DNA of 64,000 nucleotides. It comes from Heterodontus francisci. Lineage: Eukaryota. Every line of letters starts with the position of its first letter. Within the stretch, counting starts at the first letter, position 1. The translations under genes and the position numbers were made by a program. The DNA is taken from the NCBI RefSeq assembly GCF_036365525.1, contig NW_027140825.1:1054001-1118000 (forward strand), read 5' to 3'. The notes under the pieces are model-generated. The model was not told where the DNA came from and searched no databases. It was given only the letters and a program-made list of their open reading frames with translations. Below, in pieces: positions 58,661 through 64,000 of this stretch.

Positions 58661-59456
58661 GATGTAAGTGGTTCCTGCGCATTTGCAGTGTCAGGTCATT
58701 GTGTCACCACAGCACATACCGTCTAAAATATTATCTTTCTCTTCCGGTCTAACCCGTATTTCACTTGACCATGAAGTCTCGTCATGGCAAACCCTGAAGC
58801 CAGTTACAGGCCAACAGATCTTGATAAGGGAAGTTTGTAGATTTCAGTGCAATTTCCAGGCGATTGGAATGAATTATAATCAGAGCAGAGAAGGTTAAGG
58901 GACCCAGAGGAAAGTGGTGTTTAAATCAGGAAGGATTTTGATAAATTGAACAGGGAGAAGCTGTTTTCTGTGGCAGGAAGGTCGCTAACCAGGGAGGCGC
59001 TGATTTAGGTTCAGTGGCAAAAGAACCAGAAGTGGACGAGGAGAAAGATTCTGTCTGGGACGGGTATTAAAGATCTGGAACACATCACCTGAAACGGCAG
59101 TGGAATGGGATTCTGCTTTCAACAGGGAGTTGGATATATCCTTGGAGCAGAAGATTTCCAGGACTAGGGCAGAAGGGCAGGAGAGTGGGACTAACTGGAT
59201 AGATTTTTCACAAAAGCAAACAGAGGCGGGATGATCTCCTCTGTGTTGAATCTTTCTGTGATGCTACAATGTGGACAGATCAGGAAGGAACAACTTGACA
59301 TCATTGCCTTTATTTAGGAAAAGTAAAACTATTCTCCACTCTTTGGCATATGAAGCATGACAACAAAGCTATTGGGAGTCGGTGAACCTTATCTGTTATC
59401 TCTATGGGTGCATTCTCACTGCAGATCGGGTTCCAGTCAAGCAAACCCTACTTATA

Positions 59457-59792
59457 GGGCGGCACAGTGGCGCAGTGGTTAGCACCGCAGCCTCACAGCT
59501 CCAGCGACCCGGGTTCAATCTGGGTACTGCCTGTGTGGAGTTTGCAAGTTTTCCCTGTGTGGGTTTCTTCCGGGAGCTCTGGTTTCCTCCCACATGCCAA
59601 AGACTTGCAGGTTGGTAGGTAAATTGGTCATTACAAATTGCCCCTAGTATAGGTAGGTGTAGGGAAATATAGAGACAGGTGGGGATGTGGTAGGGATATG
59701 GGATTAGTAGTGGATTAGTATTCGTGGGTGGTTGATGGTCGCCACAGACTCGGTGGGCCGAAGGGCCTGTTTCAGTGCTGCATCTCTAAACT
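59457..59792 (+). mobile_element. HE1/V-SINE, full length
   Basis: tRNA-derived head gggcggcacagtggcgcagtggttagcacc...gggttcaatc, V-domain, CR1-like 3' end. Confidence 0.85.
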
Positions 59793-61019
59793 CTTATATG
59801 GCTGCGTTGGAATCGAAACTGCCCTGGGACAAATTCCTCCCAGCACGCCAGGGAATTCTGTCAAGAGCAGGCTGGTTATCATCTGAACAGGTCAGTGTTG
59901 AAGAGATTTACCATGACATGTGGAAGTATGTCAATGAGACACCGGTCATTCTTTTTTCAATAGGGGCCCTAAGACTGTGTTTGCCCCGTGGTATTGATCC
60001 ATCCAAATCCAGATTTGATAGATTTCCTTCAGTGAGGAACTTTTTTGGGATGCAGTCGAGGATTAATTTGAGACATGACATGTGACAAGAGCTGCCTGCT
60101 TGGGAGGAACAGGGACTTTGGGCCTGACATTTTGGTGCTTTCCACACCTCATGCCTGGGCCCTGTTGTAGATCAAGTCACCGCAATTGGTTTATTTCTGT
60201 TCTGTTACGGGATGAGGGCTGGGGAGGGCCACCTTTATTCCCAAGTCTAACCGCTCTTGAGCAGACTTCTTCTTGAATGCAACTGCGTGGCTTACTAGGC
60301 CCATTCCTCAGGGCTGTGAAGGGTGAACAGAACTGCTGCCGGGGTCTGGAGTCACTGAGAGTCCAGACTGGGTGTGGGAGGCAAAATTCCTTCCCTAAAG
60401 GATATCACTGATCCAGGTGGCTCTTTCCGCCAATCCAGCAGCTTTATGCTGAGCATCATTGCTGGAATACCCGTCCTGGAACAGAACAACTACGGTTACA
60501 AAGGCCATGATCATCAACAACGACATTATTGGTCTACAAGGATACCAGAAGGTGAACGAGGTGTCCTGGTTTTTTTTGGCATCTAGCAAATCCTGCATTC
60601 CTAAGCCTGCCTCTTCAGAATGCAGCCTTCCATACCAGTGCCCTGTTTAGCTTAGTGCTGGAACCCAACACAGTTTAATTCAGAGAGTACAGAGCTGAGA
60701 GATACCAGATAAACCTTATTGTTGAGATTCACTGTGACACCAGTGACAGTCTCAGTCAGCTCGATGGACCCTCCACCAGTTGGACCAAGTTTCAGCTGAA
60801 ATCCCGGCCCCAGCGCCTGGGAGTTCCTGCTGCACCTTCGTTAGACCAAAGTACGTGAATTGAATGCAGTTATGAGACAGTGCATTCCAGGAAGGTGGGG
60901 ATTGCTCTACCTAGGGATATCGGAATATAATTTCTGAAAATGAGATGGATAAGTTAGCGGTTTGTCAATAAAAAAGATACTGATACGCAGATTAACCACA
61001 AGCATTATTCATGGTTGGC

Positions 61020-61685
61020 GCTGGACAGGTTGAGAGAGCAGTTAATAAAGTATACAGTATCCTGGGCTTTATTAAAAGGGGCAGAGAGTACAAGAGCATG
61101 GAAGTAAGTTGAACTTGTACAAGACACTAGTTCAGCCTCAGCTGGAGTATTGTGTCCAGTTCTGGGAGCCGCACTTGAGAAAAGAAATGAAAGAATTGGA
61201 GAGAGTGAGGGAAAGATTCAGGAGAATGGTTCCACGGGTGAGGGACCTCAGTTATGATGATAGATTGGAGAAGTTGGGATTGTTTTCCTTGGAGGAGAGA
61301 AGGCTGAGAGGTGATTTGATAGAGGGATTCAAAATCATGAGGTGTCGGGACAGAACAGATAGAGAGAAACTGCTCCCACTCGTGAAAGGATGGAGAATGA
61401 GAGGGCACAGATTTAAACTAATTGGAAAAAGAAGTAAAAGTGACATGAGGAAAAAATTGTTTCACACAGCGAGTGGTTAATGTCTGGAGTGCAGGCCCAG
61501 AGAGTATGATGAGGGCACGTTCAATCGGGGCATTCAAAAGGGACTTATGAAAAAGGAAGAATGTGCAGGGTTACGGGAAGAAGGCGGGGGAATGGGACTA
61601 AGTGAATTGCTCATTCGGAGGGCCAGTTCTGACACGATGGGCCGAATGGCCTCCTGTACTGTACCAATTCTCTGATTCTGTGATG
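61020..61685 (+). mobile_element. CR1-type LINE 3' fragment
   Basis: LYKTLVQPQLEYCVQFW...LGLFSLEERRLRGDLIE. Confidence 0.88.
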
Positions 61686-62396
61686 AGGAATGTCGATGAT
61701 AAGTGGCAGTAACTTGATTGCTAACCAGATGATCAAAATTGGGTAAAATTTGTGATAAACACAACAATGGTCAGTTTAAACGGTACAGGGTGATATTCTA
61801 AGACAATAAGATGTATCTATCCATCGGAACTTTGACAGTTCTGTCTTTCAGCAGAACCAAGCCATCTATTTATCACTTTAAGAGCTGCTTGCAAGCTGAA
61901 AGATAGAGATGCAGACTCACACAGACAATACCAGCACAGCTGAAGAGATTTTTCTTTTAACTTGTTGAGTTATTTTGATCAGGAATGCGATGCCTGAAAG
62001 GATGGAGGAAGCAGATTCAGCAGTAACTTGGAAAGGAGATTGGGAAATATATTTGAACAGGAAATATCTGCCGCCCATTGAGGAAAGAGCAGGAGAGTGG
62101 GATGAAATAAGTAGATCTTCCGAAGTGATGGCACAGGAACGATGGGCCGAATTGCCTCCTCTGTCTTGTATGATTGTCCAATTCTTTGCAGATTATTTCA
62201 TCCGCTTTGGAAAGTACTGAAGTGTGGAACTGGATTTTGAGCTGTCTCTCTGGGAGCACTGAGAAACTATTGGATTATTTCTACACTCTGAAAGTTGATG
62301 GAAAACTCTGCAAAGTTTCATCAATGAACAGCTGTCTTTATGAGCTCTGCTTCCTTGAGTTTTCCTCTGTTACACTCACAGTATAAGAGGGTGGTA

Positions 62397-62435
62397 TGTT
62401 TTTGACCCAGCCCTGCTCCTCTTTGAATCACTGTG
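62397..62435 (-). other. 23-bp-spacer RSS of the D-proximal TRBV
   Basis: CACAGTG-23-TCAAAAACA on the minus strand. Confidence 0.93.
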
Positions 62436-62737
62436 ATCACTAGCAGCACAGTAATACACCGCCCTGTCAGTCTGATCCACCCTCAGTATTTTCAGGGTGC
62501 AGGTTTTAAGATCGGGTCTGGTGGCTTTAAATCTCTCCTTGAAACCCTCTTCAGGCGTTGAATCAGAGGTACCAACCGAGGTCACTATGAGCTGCAACCC
62601 TGCTCCGCTGTGCTGGCGATACCAGTACATGTAACTGTCGTCGGTGTCATTCTGGAAACAGTGCATTTCCGCCGTTTTCCCCTCTGCGACCGTCAGCCGG
62701 TTCCCCCACTGGGTAACGACAGCGCTCCTGGACCAGG
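62436..62737 (-). CDS. TRBV: TRBV exon, D-proximal V of the main locus, intact
   Basis: (A)WSRSAVVTQWGNRLTVAEGKTAEMHCFQNDTDDSYMYWYRQ...RFKATRPDLKTCTLKILRVDQTDRAVYYCAASD; acceptor ccacag|. Confidence 0.95.
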
Positions 62738-63051
62738 CTGTGGAGGAACATGAGAAACATATCGGGTCAAAAAGAACAGACACAATAAGGAGAGAGAGAG
62801 AGATTTAATGGTAAACCTCCCGATGCACACCACAGTCGATCAGCTCGCTGATGCCCCAGCACAGGGGTCATGTGCTGATTCCCAGAATCGCTGGGCACAA
62901 CTGCAGTGGCGCTAAATAGCGACACTTGTCCTCAACAGTAAAACCAAACCAGTAAATCTCTAACTGATTGGAGCCCTTTGATATCAACAGGAATTGTGTC
63001 TCAAAGCTGATTAACTGGGGCCTGAATTTCCCTCCAAGTAGGAGCAGTAAC

Positions 63052-63097
63052 CTGGGAGCAGCAGAAACAGTAGATGGAGGTAAACAGTACACAGCAT
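63052..63097 (-). CDS. TRBV: Leader exon of the D-proximal TRBV (MLCTVYLHLLFLLLP+G)
   Basis: ATG at 63097, hydrophobic, phase-1 donor G|GTTACT compatible with the V exon. Confidence 0.75.
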
Positions 63098-63201
63098 GAT
63101 GCAGGAATGTGAACCCTTCTTTCAACCTTCCAGCTTGGTCCAGCTCTCACGCACACTGCAGTCCTATTGGTGCACAGCCTGCTTTTGTGATGCAGTGTGG
63201 A

Positions 63202-63211
63202 AGTGACTTCA
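63202..63211. promoter_or_regulatory. Vbeta promoter CRE-like decamer
   Basis: AGTGACTTCA ~105 bp upstream of the leader ATG; one mismatch to the mammalian Vbeta decamer AGTGAYRTCA. Confidence 0.35.
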
Positions 63212-63354
63212 TTGCAATGTCAACCAATAGAACTTCCCTTGTGTATCCAACAAAGAAGGTGGTTCTTTCACCTGTGTGGGTGTAGGAATTAGAATGACAC
63301 AAGATTGACTTGCAAAGTCCCATCTATTGCAGGGTTTGGGGATGTTCATAAAGA

Positions 63355-64000
63355 TTGGAATGATTGACATATATACCAACTTGATTGTATTTTTCGAGGA
63401 GGTGACTTGATGTGTAGATGAGGGGTAAGTAGTTGATGTCGTCTACATGGAATTCAGTAAGGCTTTTGATAAAGCCCCACAAGAGAGATTGGTTAAGAAG
63501 CTAAGAGCACATGGGATCCAGGGCAATTTGGTAAATTGGATTCAAAATTGGCTTATTGGCAGGAGGGAGAGGGTAAAGGTCGAGGGTTGTTTTTGCGAGT
63601 GGGAGCCTGGGTGGTTGATGGTCGGCGCAGACTCAGTGGGCCGAAGGGCCTGTTTCGGTGCTGTAACTCTAATCAAATCTAATCTAATAATCTGTGACCA
63701 ATGGTGTACCACAGGGATCTGTGCTGGGCCCTTGCTGTTTCTGGTGCAAATTAATGATTTTGATGTGAATATAGCAGGTATTAAATATAAGTTCGCTGAC
63801 AACATGAAAATTGTTGACGTTGCAAATAGTGAAGAGGGAAGCCTTAGATTTCAGGACGATATGGATGTACAGTTCTGGGCACCACACGAAAGGAAAGATG
63901 TGATTGCACTGGAGGGGGTCTTGAGGAGATTCACCAGGATGTTGCCTGGGATGGAACATTTCAGCTATGATGAGAGACTCAAAAGGCTCGGGTTGTTTTA
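63355..64000 (+). mobile_element. CR1-type LINE RT fragment with a nested SINE 3' tail
   Basis: VDVVYMEFSKAFDK, GVPQGSVLGPLLF and KFADN remnants; HE1-like tail at ~63608-63685. Confidence 0.85.

Noticed and set aside
59457-59530. tRNA gene
   Set aside because: It is the tRNA-derived head of a V-SINE, continuous with the SINE body.
60459-60650. Trypsinogen exon (PSWN...NNDI similarity)
   Set aside because: Spacing does not fit HPxYNxxTxxNDIMLIKL and no other trypsin exons were found.

Overview
This is vertebrate DNA, not microbial: the 3' part of a cartilaginous-fish (shark) T-cell receptor beta (TRB) locus, in a gappy, repeat-rich assembly. The shark assignment rests on the C-region sequence and on HE1/V-SINE, DeuSINE and CR1-type repeats. 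The main locus is on the minus strand: one intact V (63097-62436, 23-RSS), ~10 kb spacer, D1 (52450-52438), 10 J segments, D2 (43216-43204), about 18 J segments, then a single 4-exon Cbeta (27349-24209). The layout is D-J-D-J-C, with no C between the clusters. The most notable feature lies downstream of Cbeta on the plus strand, tail-to-tail with it: a second V-D-J-C mini-locus. It has an intact V strongly resembling mammalian inverted TRBV30 (SQTI...CAWS; 207-660, perfect 23-RSS), two V relics, a degenerate D (7297-7310), a J (7579-7627; FGGR, usable-looking 12-RSS and donor) and a highly diverged 4-exon Cbeta-like gene (11020-14167) whose Ig exon is disrupted. This suggests the lone inverted 3' Vbeta of mammals and birds may be a remnant of an ancient inverted TRB cluster; that part is inference. 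Candidate enhancer (Ets/Runx/GATA/E-box) and CTCF motifs lie where mammalian TRB has them. J numbering is mine, in order of transcription. All alignments were done by eye and repeat boundaries are approximate.
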